A DNA stretch of 64,000 bases, taken from positions 868,001 through 932,000 of the forward strand of contig CP075495.1 of assembly GCA_021613535.1 (NCBI GenBank), read 5' to 3'. Position numbers and translations under genes: made by a program. Of this stretch, positions 11,009 through 24,768 are shown one piece after another (positions within the stretch are counted from its first letter, which is position 1; each line of letters opens with the position of its first letter). The DNA comes from Adineta vaga (Eukaryota; Animalia; Rotifera). The notes under the pieces are model-generated. The model saw only the letters and a program-made list of their open reading frames with translations, was not told the origin of the DNA and searched no databases.

Positions 11009-14000
11009 TCATTTCGAAAGTTTACTAATAACACGAATTAATGCAGCATTTTCTTCTTTTAGACGTGTATTGTCTGATTTCACTGAATCCATTTTCTACA
11101 AAATAAAAATCTTCTTTTATTCAATCAAATTCAAACTAATCATCTTACTTTTAAATCTTCTTCTAATTCTGAAATCTTTCGTTCATAACTTCGTTTTTCC
11201 TAAAAAAAAAAAGAAAAAGAATTAAATAATAAAAAGAATCTTCTCAAATCAATACATACTCGTTTATCAAGTGAAGATTCAATATATTGTGATGTTTTCT
11301 AAATATAAAAATATATTTTAAATTGAATATAATTCTAAATAAATCTTACAAGTTTTTCAATAAGTTGATCACGTTCAAGAATATCTCGTTCATATCGTTC
11401 AATATTTTGATTTAATTCATCGATTCTTTTCTTTGCTTCTTCATATAGTTTCATCATAGTTATTGAATCATTTGAATCTTTCATTCCATTCATTGGTAAT
11501 GATGTTGATAGATTCAAAGATTTCTTCAATGGTTCTTGACTTTGTGAACGATTTGTTCGTAAATCTTTTGGATTATTATCAAATCGAGAGATTGGAGTAG
11601 GACGTAAACCTGATTGTTGATCATCTGAACCTTCACTTGATGTTTTTGGCATTGAATCTTCACGTATTTCGACTTCTTTTGTTTCCTAAAAAGAACCCAA
11701 ATACAATTGAATAAAAATAAACAAATTTCTTACATCATTCCAAATAATTTTTCCTGTATGTTTTCTTTGATTATGTACACGATTTGTTCGTCGTCGAGGT
11801 TCACCAATATTCAATGAATCATTAGCAATAATTGTTGATATTTCATCTGATTTTATTCGACGTGATGTATCCAAATTGATTTCGGTAATATCCTAAAAAA
11901 ATAAATGATATTTAAGAAAAAGAAAAGAAAATCTATTTTTAATTTTACATCATTTCCTCCACTTGCTTTACGAGCTTTATCTTTTTTTTCTTCAATAACT
12001 TTTTGTAAACGTTCAGTTTCAATATCATTCGTTGATGGAGTTGATGGTGCACCGATTTTATTATTAATCGATGAAATTTCATTCGTACGATTTTTAATTT
12101 GTTGTTCAGCAGCTTTAATATCTTCAACAGTTACACTTTGTGTTGATCGACGTTCTCGTCGTGCTTGAGCAGAACGATGTTTACGTTGAGCTTCAGCTTC
12201 TTCATCACGAGTAACACGACGTTTACCATTGGCTATATCATCATTCGATGTAACTGTTATATTTGCTGTTGGTGGAGGAAGAGAACTTGTTACACTAACA
12301 ATTGTAGTTGGTATATTCGATGGAGATGATTCATTGACACCAGCACCCGATCGACGACGTACATAAGGTCCTGTATTATTTGATGTATCACCACCTACTG
12401 TTCGATCAGTTGTACCCCATCTAAATCAAACAAGATTCATTATAAGATAGAAAAGAAAAAGGTTGAAAACAATGCATATAAATATATATATATATATCGA
12501 TTGGTAGGCACAAAAGACATGCATCAAAAAAAAATTTTGTTCAGTGAAAAAAAAAACAAAAGAAAACGATATGTGAGTGAATTTTGTTAAATTAATTATT
12601 TTGGTTAGGTAGAGAAAATACCTTCTCGGTGATGCCTCTGGTAACTGTGTCTGATTGACGCTAGAATAATAATCATTGATATAAATTTCATGCAATTAAT
12701 GAAGTTATAAAATCACGTCAAACAAGAAAAAAATAAGTCTGATGCATGTCTCATGGTCATTGCCTACCTTCGATTAATTTTTGTATCCAATGATTGAGTA
12801 GGAGAAGGTATAGGATTCGTAGAATTCTCCTAGAAAAAGAAAATATATCGATCACTAAACTCTTCTCTTTTTTTCTAAAAGCAAAATCAAAAGCTTTTTT
12901 TATCATTCATATTAATATTATTCTTTTTCGAAGATATTGAATTGAAGAATAGATTTGTTTTGTTTTTTATTTCTCTCTTACACGATGAAACGATTCATTA
13001 GAATTGAAATTCATTGTTGTCAAAGATTGTAATGGATTTGTAAATGTTCTTTGTGGACTTGTGAGAGAATATTTTATTGTTGAACGAGATAATGAACCAT
13101 TTGGAGTTGATTTTGTTAAAGAATTTATTAAAGAATTCGACTAGAAAGGAAATCATTCGTCATGCACAAGCAATTCATTCACATTCCAAATCAAAGAAAG
13201 AAATATATCTATTATATTTACCTCTTCTTGATTAGTTCGAGAATAACGATTACTTAGATCATGTAATGATCTTTGGAGATTATTTAATTTTTCCTTTTAT
13301 ATAAAGAAAGAAAGATCCATGAAGAAGAAGAAGAAAATAATGAATATACTTTGAGATTTGGTGCACCATTTGCTGAATTCTCATCTACCTGAGAAGATTT
13401 AGTCACTTTATCTAAATTCTCATTATGTGATTCAGATCGTAGAATTGATTTTTGTTCATCAATTGGACGAGTTGGAAGAATTCGTCTGACTGGTTCAGTT
13501 GGTTCATTCTAAATATTAAGAATGAAAAAAAAAACAAACCATCTTATTCATAATATCAAAAAAATAGCAATTGAAGGTCAAACCTTCATAGGAGGTTGTT
13601 TAGCTTTTAATTCTTTTAATAAATCCGATGTTTCACCATCACAAACATCTAATGGTGTTTGTCCCTTGAAAAATATATCGAATAAAATAATGATTTTATT
13701 GAAAATATTCAGATTTTTACCGCATAATTTTTCACATCTAAACTCGCATTTTTTTCTATGAGATATTTAATCACATCATGTTTATCCCAATGTGCAGCTG
13801 CATGTAAAGGTGTCCATCCATCATTATCTACTGAATTTAAATTAGCACCAGCACGTATTAATAAACTAAAATAGAAAATAGAAAATAAAATATTTCTTAT
13901 TTAAAGAAAATATATTTACTCAATAACATCAATATATCCTTTAGCAGCTGCAACATGTAAAGCTGTAGCACCTGTTCGTATATGAACAATTACATCTGCT

Positions 14001-14620
14001 GTTGATTTTAATCCATTTTTATTATTATTTAATGAATCTTGTGCATGTTTAATCATTAATTGATGTTCATAATTTCTTGATTGTTGATCATCAATACCTT
14101 TTCTTCTCATATCATCTTCCAAATAAGAAATAATATCTTCACCTTCAGCAATATCAATTGGTAATTCACCTTCATTATTACAAACATCAACAATAGCACC
14201 ATGAGATAATAAATATTTAACAATATCAATATTTCCACATGATGAAGCAGCATGTAAAGGAGTCCATCCTTCATTATCTTGACAATTAATATCGGCTTTT
14301 TTATTGAGCAAATATTCAACCATATGTAAATTATTATCAATACATGATTGATGAAGTGCTGTTAAACCATCGATATTTGAAGTATTTATATCAACACCAC
14401 GTTGTAATAATTTATCTATTTCATCTCTATCTTCTGATGAACAAGCAGCTAAGAAAATATATGCTTGTTCAAATTTGACACGTTGAGAATTTTTGATATT
14501 GGTTGATGCACGATTCGTTTCAGATTCATCCCATCGACGTAATTGTTCACGACGTTTTGCTATTGCACTCGATTGACGATTAACTTCGTCAGATATTGAA
14601 GGATTTATTCCACTTAACAT
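11009..14620 (-). CDS. PPP1R12A: Myosin phosphatase targeting subunit MYPT1 (multi-exon)
   Basis: KRREQLRRW, RVKF PP1-binding motif, ankyrin repeats, inhibitory-site motif RRERRSTQ, C-terminal leucine zipper LKEENAALIRVISKLSK* (stop 11009-11011). Confidence 0.9.
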
Positions 14621-14943
14621 TAGATTTAGTTAGTTCATTCCGATGGAGATAACATAATAAACAATATCTATCAGCCATATTTATCAACAAGGTCAATTCA
14701 CAAATAGATTTTTTTTGTTTCCTAATTTTTTATTTTCATAACAAATTCTTTGAAATATTTTTATTATTTTTATCGAAAAAAAAATATTTTACAAATTTCA
14801 TCAATTATTTTTCCGTTAAATAAATGATGTCGCTAGTGAGCAATGAGTCATTATCATTCATTATGAAATAACCTTACGTAAATTTCTTTCTTTGCGTATA
14901 TATAGAAGAAGAGTAAAAGCTTGAAAGTATATACGATCTAACT

Positions 14944-15827
14944 ATGCCGAAGAAATTTGGTACGAATACAAAATCAGCTGAAGCAAATGCAAGAAAAGAT
15001 GCAACGAAACAAGCGAATGAACGTGAAAAACAACAGAAATTAGAAGATGAATATTGGCGTGATGATGATAAATCTGTACAAAAGAAACAACAAAGAAAAG
15101 TAGGTTCGATGATTTTAAAAATATCTTGAAAATATATTATATTGAATTTTTAAAGGAAGATCGAGATCAAAAAGATAATGAAAAATTACAACGAAAATTA
15201 GAAGCTCAAAAATTACTTGAACAAGAAGAAGCAGCATTAAATGCATCAAAAGCAAAGAAAAATGTAGATTTAATACCAAAAAAAGTGACTCAAGCACAAA
15301 TACAACAACGACAAGAAGCTGCTGCTACTGCTATTGTTCCTAATGGTAATTATTTATTCAATAAATTTTCTTTTTTTTTCAATATTTTCTTTTCTTTCAG
15401 AACCAAAACGAAATACTATTGATGATCTTCCACTTGAAGAAAATGTTAATCGATTACAAATCGATGGTACTTCTGCTCGTAATGTTGATGATGCAATTCA
15501 TGTTCTAAAGTAAATTCTTATTTAATAAATCTCTTCATTTTAATTTATCTATAAAAATTATTTAGATCAACTCAAGCATCTCTTGATACTCATCCTGAAA
15601 AACGTATGAAAGCAGCTTATGATACATTTGAAACGGAAAATCTACCGAAATTCAAACAAGAAAATCCTTCTTTACGTTTATCACAATTGAAACAATTGTT
15701 AAAAAAAGAATGGATGAAATCACCCGATAATCCATTTAATAAACCAACGAAAGCATATAATGAAGGTGGAAATTTAAAACAAAATACTTTACCGGAAGAA
15801 AACGATTCCGATGATGATGATAATTAA
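14944..15827 (+). CDS. CCDC124: Coiled-coil domain-containing protein 124 (Lso2 family), 4 exons
   Basis: MPKKFGTNTKSAEANARK start; HPEKRMKAAY...LRLSQLKQLLKKEWMKSPDNPFN end; three short GT-AG introns. Confidence 0.93.
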
Positions 15828-16039
15828 AGTATGGGAAAAGATAATCAATGAATGAAGTTCATTCCATGGTTACACAACATAATATTGATTGTCTTTGTAT
15901 ATAATCAAAGATAAACAAAAAATAGACGAATCTTTTTTTTTCGGTCATTTAAGTTCGTTTATTTTGAGAAATAAAAAATCTTTCGTTCTCTTTCCTAAAC
16001 ATTTTGTTTGTTTCTTTATTTACTTTTCATTGTCAACGA

Positions 16040-16883
16040 ATGGATATAAATCTCTCAGAAGAAAATTCCAACTTTGAAACGTATTGTTTGATTTGGTTAG
16101 ATGCTTCTGTTAATGAAACACAAGAAAATCGAGAGACACAAATTAAACTTCGTTCATTTGTTAATCATCTTGATATTTTTCAAGATGATCAATTATGTTT
16201 AAATTATATTAAATCGTTACCAAGAGGTGATCGAGGAGATTACCAATTAAGTTTAGAATGGTATAAAAAAGCATTGAATATAAAACAACAAACACTTTCA
16301 GAAAATGATTTAAGTATTGCATCAACTTATGGAAATATTGCAAATATTTATGGCATTTTGAAGGATTATAAAAATGCTTTAGAATCATATGAAAAAGCAA
16401 TGAATATATATGAACAAAATTCTGGTAAAGAACAACTTTATATTGCTTCATGTTTAAATAATATGGGTGCAATTTATCAAAAAGAAAAAAAACTATATTC
16501 AAGCATTAGAATGTTATCAAAAATCTTTTGATATTCGACAAGAATGTTGTCATGATAATCATCATCATTTAGGAACTTCATATAATAATCTTGGAATTAT
16601 TTATAGTATTTTAAATAATAATGATCAAGCACTTAAACATCTTCATAAATCTTTAGAAATTTTCAAAATTTGTTTTTCAACAAAACATCCGAAAACTATT
16701 TCGATTTTAGAAAATATTGGAATTATTTATGAAAATCAAGGTGATTTTGAACAAGCATTAGTTTATTATCAAAAAGCTGAGCAACTTTATCGTAAAATAT
16801 ATCATTCAACTGATCCGAATATTTTAAGACTCGAAAAACGTATTCAAAATGTTTCCATTGATTTGTTTGACGAATTAACGTAA
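16040..16883 (+). pseudogene. TPR gene of the REC-like/ART/TPR family with the ART domain deleted and a +1 frameshift
   Basis: N-terminus CLIWLDASVN resembles the 1286-3295 protein, then joins directly to TPRs at about 16230. The frame shifts in the A8 run at 16485-16492. Confidence 0.7.
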
Positions 16884-17849
16884 ATTCTTTGAATCTTTTC
16901 TTTTCTTAGCTCCAATTTTCTTTGAATGTGTCCAAGTATTTAATCCAATTTTAAGTCCATTGTTTGTCGGTGGTCTACCAGCATGATATGTTAATGGATC
17001 ACCTTTACCTTGTTCATTAATATTAAACCAAAAGATACTATTTCCTGGTAATGGACGAAATCGTAGACCAAATTGTGAAGAATTTTTATCACAAATTAAA
17101 ATATCACAAAATTTTCCATGTAAAGATTTATCAAAACGAATATTAAGAAATTCCGTTTCACCTTGTAAACAATTTGAATAAAGATATGTAAAAAATGTTG
17201 TTATTCTTTGACCACTACGTTCAATTGTATCAACATGAGAAAACCAATCATAATGAGGTTTATACTATATATATATATAGAAAGAAATATGAAATCCTTT
17301 TTTTTTTCGATTGATCAATTAATTAAGATAAAATTACTTCTTGATCTGATGTATATTTAACAACTTGTAATGGTTCAAGTTGTTCAATATCGATATTTCC
17401 TTGAAATTGAACAAATCTTTCTTCAATACATTGAACAATAGGTGTTTCATGACGTTGAATAGAAGCTGTAGAAGATGTTCGATGAGTATTATTCTTAATA
17501 AGTTTACCATTTTCATCATAAATTGTTGATTGTTGAAATAATGGTGTTCTATTAAAATGAAAAGATTTTTCTTTTTAATAAAAATGTAAACTTACGCTAA
17601 TTGAATCAAATGTTGAAGTTCATATGAATTTAAAAATTTGTCAATATAAATAATCAATGGAATTCGTGAAATAATTCGAGTTTTATATCGATGATTAATA
17701 CATTGATATTCTTTCTTTATTTCATTTATTGATATATTAATCTCTTTAGAATCATTCAAATATGTTTCTTGAAAATAAATTAAATATTTTATTAAATTTT
17801 TAAAATTAATTTTCATTTTATTAATATTATATAAACAAATACTTATCAT
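16875..17849 (-). CDS. Prolyl 4-hydroxylase-like 2OG-Fe(II) dioxygenase (3 exons, start uncertain)
   Basis: ISRIPLIIYIDKFL, HRTSSTA, IEQLEPLQVVKY, YKPHYDWF (HxD), YHAGRP, KIGLNTW. Stop at 16875-16877. Confidence 0.85.
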
Positions 17850-18141
17850 TAAACAGAATAATACTATATAATTAAAAAGGAAACTATTGAATATGATTAT
17901 TTTGTTTAATAAGAATAACAACAATACCTGAATACATAAAACGAGACATGATTTATCAATTGTTTGATTTAAACAATTTCAATTCTTTGTTTGTTAACGA
18001 AAGAAAAAGAAATGTGTCGAATGTCCCGTTTTTTTTCTCTTGCGATCGATTAGTAACTAAGATATTGTCTTTTTTGATTTACTCGAGTGAATTATTTCAA
18101 TAATTTATTTATTAATAAAAAAAGAAAAATAAAAATTTTTT

Positions 18142-21100
18142 TCAAATTGATTTTAAAATCGATGTATTTGATCGTCGTTGATCCGATCTACAAATAAACA
18201 ATTCCTATGATCTTTCTTTTATTAACAAACAAATGAAACATACAGAAATTTAAATTCATCTGGTAAAGCAATTTGTTGTTGTCTCATTCGATTCAATTGT
18301 TTTTCTAAATCATGTACATTACTTCCATAACCATTAAAAATGGAATCACCAAAAATTAATCTACCATTTCGATAAATAAGAACAAAACCTGGTTGAACAT
18401 GATGACGTCGAACAAGTAATGGACCTTGTGAATGACTTTGTTTTGTTACTTGAAATAAATCATAAATTAAACAACGATAATCATCATTAATTGATAAACG
18501 ACATGAACATAATTGACTTCGATTTGAATAAAGATGATAATGTAATGTTTGAAGAATATTATATAATTCATTTGTACGATCATTTTCATGATGTTGTTCA
18601 TTGGAATTAATAATTCCAATAACAATTAATTGTTGAGAATTTAAATGACTTGTTAAATTAATAAATGAATCAAATTCTAAATCATGAATTAATGGAACTT
18701 GATCAGAACGACATGTACATGTTTCATATGAATGTATTATTAATGGATTTTCTTGAAGTAAACGTTGACGAACTATATTTGGACAAGCAAATGGAAGATC
18801 AAGAGAAATTGTAGTTGCCATTCGAGATGAAAGATTTCCATCAGTTGTATTCGATCTATAAAATATTCTCTTTTAATTGTTTATATAATTTAAAAAGAAT
18901 TAATTCTTTACTTAATTGCGGGTAATATTGTTGTGGAAAGATTTTTTTTTGTATTTAATTTTTGTTTAAGAAGTTTTCCACTTTCTGAATGAGGAAGAAA
19001 TTCCATTATTGTACTTTCGATAATATCCGCTAAAAGAGAATGAAAATAAGATTTCTTATTGAGAAGAATTTCTTACGATCAGATTTTCGTGCAGAATTTG
19101 TTCGTAGAAGTTGTTCACGTTCATTTGCATCAACTTTCGATGAAATCGATGCAGTATTTCCTTGAGATTTTGTTGTAGATCGAATTGTTTCTGTTATACC
19201 TAACGTTGTTCGACATTCTTTCAACCAATTATTACAAACAGTTTTGATACGTTTTCGTAATGTTGTTAAATCTTTCATCATCGGTAAATCTTTCATATTA
19301 ACTTGTCCATCAACGAATTTATCAGTTTGAATTTGTGGTTTTTCTGAATTTAATGATAATTCACTTGAATATGTTGAACTAGATATAATTGTTGAAACTT
19401 TTGATTTCGATTGACGTCTTCGATCAGCAGAAGCTTTTTTCGATAAATTTATTGATGTATCAAGTGAAGTTGACATTTGTAAAGCAGGATTTGCACCTAA
19501 TTGAAATTTATATTCTTCCTTATGATATGCAAATGCAAAACGTATATTTAATGGATTTGAATGTTCAAGTTGCATATGAGAATTTAATTGTAATTGAACA
19601 GTATTATCAACAGGTGTTGTTGTTTCTTCTTCATTTCCTATCGTTGTAGGATTAGGATTAGGATTAGATGGTTCAGGTGTTGGATCATTAGAATTTGTTC
19701 GTAGTTGTTTTTCAATAAAACCAATTTCACCATTACATAAATAACCACGTTCATGATGAGGATCAGTTACAAAACGAGCATAGAATGCAGGTTGCATAAT
19801 AAGAACACTACCAGTAGAAGTAACAAGACCAAGAAATTGATTTTCAGGAGAATCAGTATCGTCGAAAAAGAGTGTGCATGTTTGCGGTGGTTGAAGTCGT
19901 AGGACGGCAAGTCGACCTGATGGATAACTATATGAATTACAATATATAATGATTTATTTAAATTTATATAACGAACTTACTAAACTTGAATTGAACCATC
20001 GATTAATTCAATATAACATTTATGTTTTGTTTTAGGTATTTCAATATCAATATTATATCTTTCGGGAATTTGTTTTCTTAAGATTGAAAAAATAAATTTC
20101 ATTCTTTGTTTTTCTGAAAAACGAATAAATTTCATGATTTATTTATTTATTTTTTATTAACTTACTTGATGATTCATTGAATGAGATTAGATTGATTTTA
20201 TTTCTCATATGTTGAATATCTTCATAAAACCAAACTTTACACATTTTTGGATGATGAATATTTGTATTTCCCGTTGTTCGATATCTATTCGATGTGAAGA
20301 AATATTTTATTATAAAAACAAATTTTGTTTTTTCGATACAAACATTTTTTGTTTCATTTCAGCAAGTAAACGTTTACATTTCAATTGAATTAGAGCAATC
20401 ATATCTTCATATAAATCAGTCATTGGTTTTGCAACATCAAAAATCACCGCTATAGAAAGAAAAATAAAGCAATGAAATTAATTTAAAGAAAATCTTCGAA
20501 ACCTTTTCGTTCATTTCCTGTTTGATTTTGTTTTTGTTTTGTTTCATCGGTTTCTGTTGATAATTTAAATTCAACATGAAGACCAATGATACTTTCTGAA
20601 CCACCATGATGTAAAGATTTCGTCATATTTGGATTAAAAAATGATACACGAGATAAGGAACGATTTGGACGTGCTCGATTACTCAATGGTGCTAGTGCAG
20701 GTAATTGATCTTTGGATATTGATGCGATACTAAGACGTGAAGTTTTTCGAGTTGGAGGATGTAACGATTTAGAGACAACGGGTGGACCATGTTTTTCGAC
20801 TTTTAAATGTTCTAGACGTTTTCGTTCAATACGACGATTCCATGTATCTTCAGCAGCTTTTGTTCGCCAAACCTAAAGAGAAAATGTCAATGTCAATAAT
20901 ATTGTAAACATAAAGAACATTTACTTTATAAGTATCTTCAGCATTTTCTGAAAGATCACTCCAATTTGAGTGTAAAGCATGAAGTAATGTATCAGGTAAG
21001 ACAATTTTTGGTATTACAGGAGGTGGTATTTCAGCTTTTTCTTTTTCTTCACCCGTTGGTTCGGGAACAGGTACTGCAGTCTCCGTAGGAAGGACAGGAA

Positions 21101-21695
21101 GTTCAGTCACTGATTGTTCACCTTCAGGAACTGTAGTTGGTGAAGATTCTTCCGGTTTTTGTTGCAATTTTATTGCCATTTTCAATTTCTCTTCGAAGCG
21201 TTGCAATAAAACATCTAAATCTCTGCATAATACTTCGGGTACAATTGGTGTTTTTAATTTCTTTTGAATATTTTTCAAGAGTGCATTATTCGCTAGTTTT
21301 GTTGGATCTTGTTTACCTCGTGGAGGTGTTGGACTTCCTAGACTTGAATCAAATTTCACTGGTTTATCATCTTTTGCTGCTAATGCAATTTTCACTTGTT
21401 GAAACGCTTCTGTTAAATCATCAGCATCACGTTTGTATCGATGAATACCTCCAACATGAGATATAAGAGTATATTGATCGTGAAAATAAAGACCACGACT
21501 CATTTGATGCCTATAAACAAACAATGAAGAAAAAAAATGTTTTATTCTCATGAAAATCAACTAATTATAAAGCATTGTGAGTTCTAATGATAATCAAATA
21601 TTATACCTCGATGTATTTTTCTGAGAACATTGTAAACTAGTTTGATGTAAAACGTCGAAAAAAAGATCTATATCACGTGAAGTGAAGAATGGCAT
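18142..21695 (-). CDS. FAM194/ERICH6-domain protein, C3orf20-like (multi-exon)
   Basis: Chain of GT-AG-separated exons. IYYPSGRLAV FAM194-type repeat near 19930-19900; C-terminal CPNIVR..CTC and LIYRNGRLIFGDSIFNGYG. Confidence 0.65.
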
Positions 21696-22254
21696 GTCTG
21701 ATGTTGTATATCAATTCAAGATAAAAGAATGATATAAAATTTCATACAAACTCACTTAAAAAAAAACTTCCTGAGGATTCTTTTTCTTTTTTTTCGGATA
21801 AAGATATTGAAGAAAAAAGAAAAGGCAAACGGAAATATCTATATTCCTTAAAGACAATATGTTTTTCCATTGAATAATAAGAAAAAAAAGAAAAAGTTTC
21901 TTCTTTTTTTTCTTCTTTACTTACGTGAATGTTGATTTACATAGGTATTGTTAGAAAAATATGTGAAATAGAAAAAGAATTAATTACGATCGGTTGAAGT
22001 TTTATTTGCTTTTGTTTTGAAGGTCTTCAAAACGATGCGAAATATTGTATTTGCTTTTTTAGTCAATATGTTTTAATTTCGTTCGTTCTCTTTTCTCTCT
22101 TCGATACATCATAAATTTCGTTTCTATAGAGATAAACCTACAATTAAACAATTCTTCTTCATTTATATATATTCATTTTAACTTTTTAAACTTATACGAA
22201 CATTTTGATATATCTTAAGAAGAATTTATTATTTAAAAAAGATAAAAGTGACAT

Positions 22255-23790
22255 CTATTCATCATCAATTCGTTGTTGACAATTTTCTAACCATTCCATC
22301 AATATATCTTTATTTCGTGGTTCAAATCGACATTTAAACATTTTCGGTTCAGCAACAAGAGCTGTATGACATTGATTTGCTTCCATTGCATTAATTTCTG
22401 CAAGATATTTTTCATCTTTCGGTGGTAAAATTCGAAATCCCGTTATTAATCGAATAAAAAATGTAAATAATTCTCGATTTGCTAAATGTGCTCCAGCACA
22501 CATTCGACTTCCTGCTCCATAAGCAAAATGTGGTGTACCTTCTACATCACCTAAATATCTATCTGGATTGAATTTTTCTGGATCTTGAAAATGTTCCTCA
22601 TCATAATCACCTGCATATGCATTCATATAAAATGAAGTTCCTTGTGGTATTCTAATTCCATTATATTCAATATCATGAATACTTCGTCGTGGAAGACACA
22701 TTGGTATAACAGTAAAATAACGAAGAATTTCTTTATAAAGTGCAGTTATATAAGGTACACGTTCTTCAATTAAACATTTTTCCCATGCATCACCATTAGG
22801 ATAAATATCTTGAATTTCTTCATAAGCTCGTTGTTGAATTTGTTGACCATGTATTGATGAAAGATAACCAATACCAAAGATAATATTTGCAGGAATAGTA
22901 TCTAAACCTGCACTAACCATTGTTAAACAAATACTTTTGATTTCTGATTCATTTAATTGTGCTGTTGAATCTTTAAGAATATTTCCTGTAATACAAGGTT
23001 TATCTGTTTTATTTTCTATTTCTTGTTTTAAATCATTGAGAAGAATATTTAAATAACGATCACGACGAAGACGATATTCATTTGCTTGATTTGATTTCGA
23101 TGGAAAAAGACGAAGAAGTGGAACATAATCTTGCCAATTATTTGATGTTGAACGAAATCTTGATATTGCTCCTTCAACTTCACAAATTTCTTTTAAAAGT
23201 TCATCATACGATGAAGTAAATCTTGAACCATAATTTAACATTAATGATGTATTCAAAGCATATCGTTGAAGATGTGGAATAATATTAAGATCTTTTTGTC
23301 CATTTTGACATTCATTAAGAATATCTTTAAGTGATGAATAAGATTCTATATCAATAATTGACATATATGATTGAACAGATGGTTTATTCAATGCAGTTGC
23401 TGCAGCTTTTCGACGACGTTTACATGATTCATCCCATGGTGATGTACCAATGGTAAAACCTTGACTACTACTAACAATAGTATGAAATGTATGTAATAAT
23501 GGACGACTAATTAATGATGATTGATTTCGTATCCAAAGATCTCGAATTGAATCAAATGAATTGGCAATAATAATACGTTTATTTCCCAAACGAATTTGAA
23601 AGACTGGACCAAGTTTTTTCGAAAGTTTTAATAAGGCAAGTGAATGATTCGTTCCTAATTGAAATAAACTTCCAAAAATAGGCCAACCGGATGCTTCTGG
23701 AAGACCATCAATTTTCGGTACATCAGTTGAATCAATGATTTTTAAAAGAAGATAAACAATGATAACAACACAAACGAATATATAGATCAT
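22255..23790 (-). CDS. Cytochrome P450, fungal CYP504-like (phenylacetate hydroxylase family)
   Basis: Intronless. N-terminal anchor, SSSQGFTIGTSPWDESCKRRRKAAATALN (recognised as a CYP504 signature), AGLDT, EILR, PDRY, FAYGAGSRMCAG heme motif. Confidence 0.9.
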   Translation of the reverse strand: MIYIFVCVVIIVYLLLKIIDSTDVPKIDGLPEASGWPIFGSLFQLGTNHSLALLKLSKKLGPVFQIRLGNKRIIIANSFDSIRDLWIRNQSSLISRPLLHTFHTIVSSSQGFTIGTSPWDESCKRRRKAAATALNKPSVQSYMSIIDIESYSSLKDILNECQNGQKDLNIIPHLQRYALNTSLMLNYGSRFTSSYDELLKEICEVEGAISRFRSTSNNWQDYVPLLRLFPSKSNQANEYRLRRDRYLNILLNDLKQEIENKTDKPCITGNILKDSTAQLNESEIKSICLTMVSAGLDTIPANIIFGIGYLSSIHGQQIQQRAYEEIQDIYPNGDAWEKCLIEERVPYITALYKEILRYFTVIPMCLPRRSIHDIEYNGIRIPQGTSFYMNAYAGDYDEEHFQDPEKFNPDRYLGDVEGTPHFAYGAGSRMCAGAHLANRELFTFFIRLITGFRILPPKDEKYLAEINAMEANQCHTALVAEPKMFKCRFEPRNKDILMEWLENCQQRIDDE

Positions 23791-23892
23791 TTTCAAATAC
23801 ACACACACACACGTGGAGTGAAGAATTCTTTTTTTTTTCTTTTCACTTTTATATATATATACTAACTGATAAGGTTCTCTTCTTTTGTTTTA

Positions 23893-24768
23893 TTAAACAT
23901 TATACAAAGACTTTCGTATAAATACAACATCTAAATCACTAATCGTTTTTACTTGTCGATACAAACCAGTACCGATAAGAAAATCATCGATTTGTTTTAA
24001 ATGTGCTAAACTTTCTGGACTTCGATGATAATTTATAACATATTCAATTGTAAAAACATCGATTTGAATTGTTTTATAATTAATTTGTTTCAAAACATCC
24101 ACTTCTCCACCTTCAATATCTAATGAAAAATAATCGATATGAGTAATATTTAATGCCATTAAATAAGTCATAATTGGAAAACATTGAACAGAACCTCTTC
24201 CTGTAATTAGAGATTTATCAGTTGGCATTTTTTGACCAGTTAAATAATCAGCAAAGGTAAAAACGACTTCAATAGCGTAGGAATTTGTACTGACACATGT
24301 ATTGGATAGATAAGCATTACGTTGACGACATTCAAGTTTTTTGAAAAGTTTTGGATTAGCTTCAATTAATAAACCAGTCCAATGACGTTCTCGTTCGAAA
24401 AAAATTGTATTCGATATAAATTCACCATCGTAAGCACCAACTTCAAGATAGAATCCATTTCGACGTTGTTTTAATAATTCATCAACGAATTTATCTTGTC
24501 CAATTTGAGAATAATAGGTAACATTGGTTGTACTAGATTGTTTGAAAATACCAGACGGAGGTATCAATACTTTATTTTTAACATGTTCAATTAATTCGGG
24601 ATTATTATAAATGATTGTACCGAGTTTAATAGTATTTTCAATATATGAATGATTATTATTTGGTATTGTTAATTGATTGGTAGAATGAAATAGATAAATA
24701 TTTAATAAAACTGAGAGAATAAGAATAATATAAAGAATGATATTTCCAGATTTTATACGTGCTCTCAT
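23893..24768 (-). CDS. FkbM/Methyltransf_21 family protein with type II membrane anchor (Star-like)
   Basis: YSQIGQD, FYLEVGAYDG..SNT, WTGLLIEAN, IDYFSLDIEGGE; N-terminal TM helix. Confidence 0.88.
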   Translation of the reverse strand: MRARIKSGNIILYIILILSVLLNIYLFHSTNQLTIPNNNHSYIENTIKLGTIIYNNPELIEHVKNKVLIPPSGIFKQSSTTNVTYYSQIGQDKFVDELLKQRRNGFYLEVGAYDGEFISNTIFFERERHWTGLLIEANPKLFKKLECRQRNAYLSNTCVSTNSYAIEVVFTFADYLTGQKMPTDKSLITGRGSVQCFPIMTYLMALNITHIDYFSLDIEGGEVDVLKQINYKTIQIDVFTIEYVINYHRSPESLAHLKQIDDFLIGTGLYRQVKTISDLDVVFIRKSLYNV

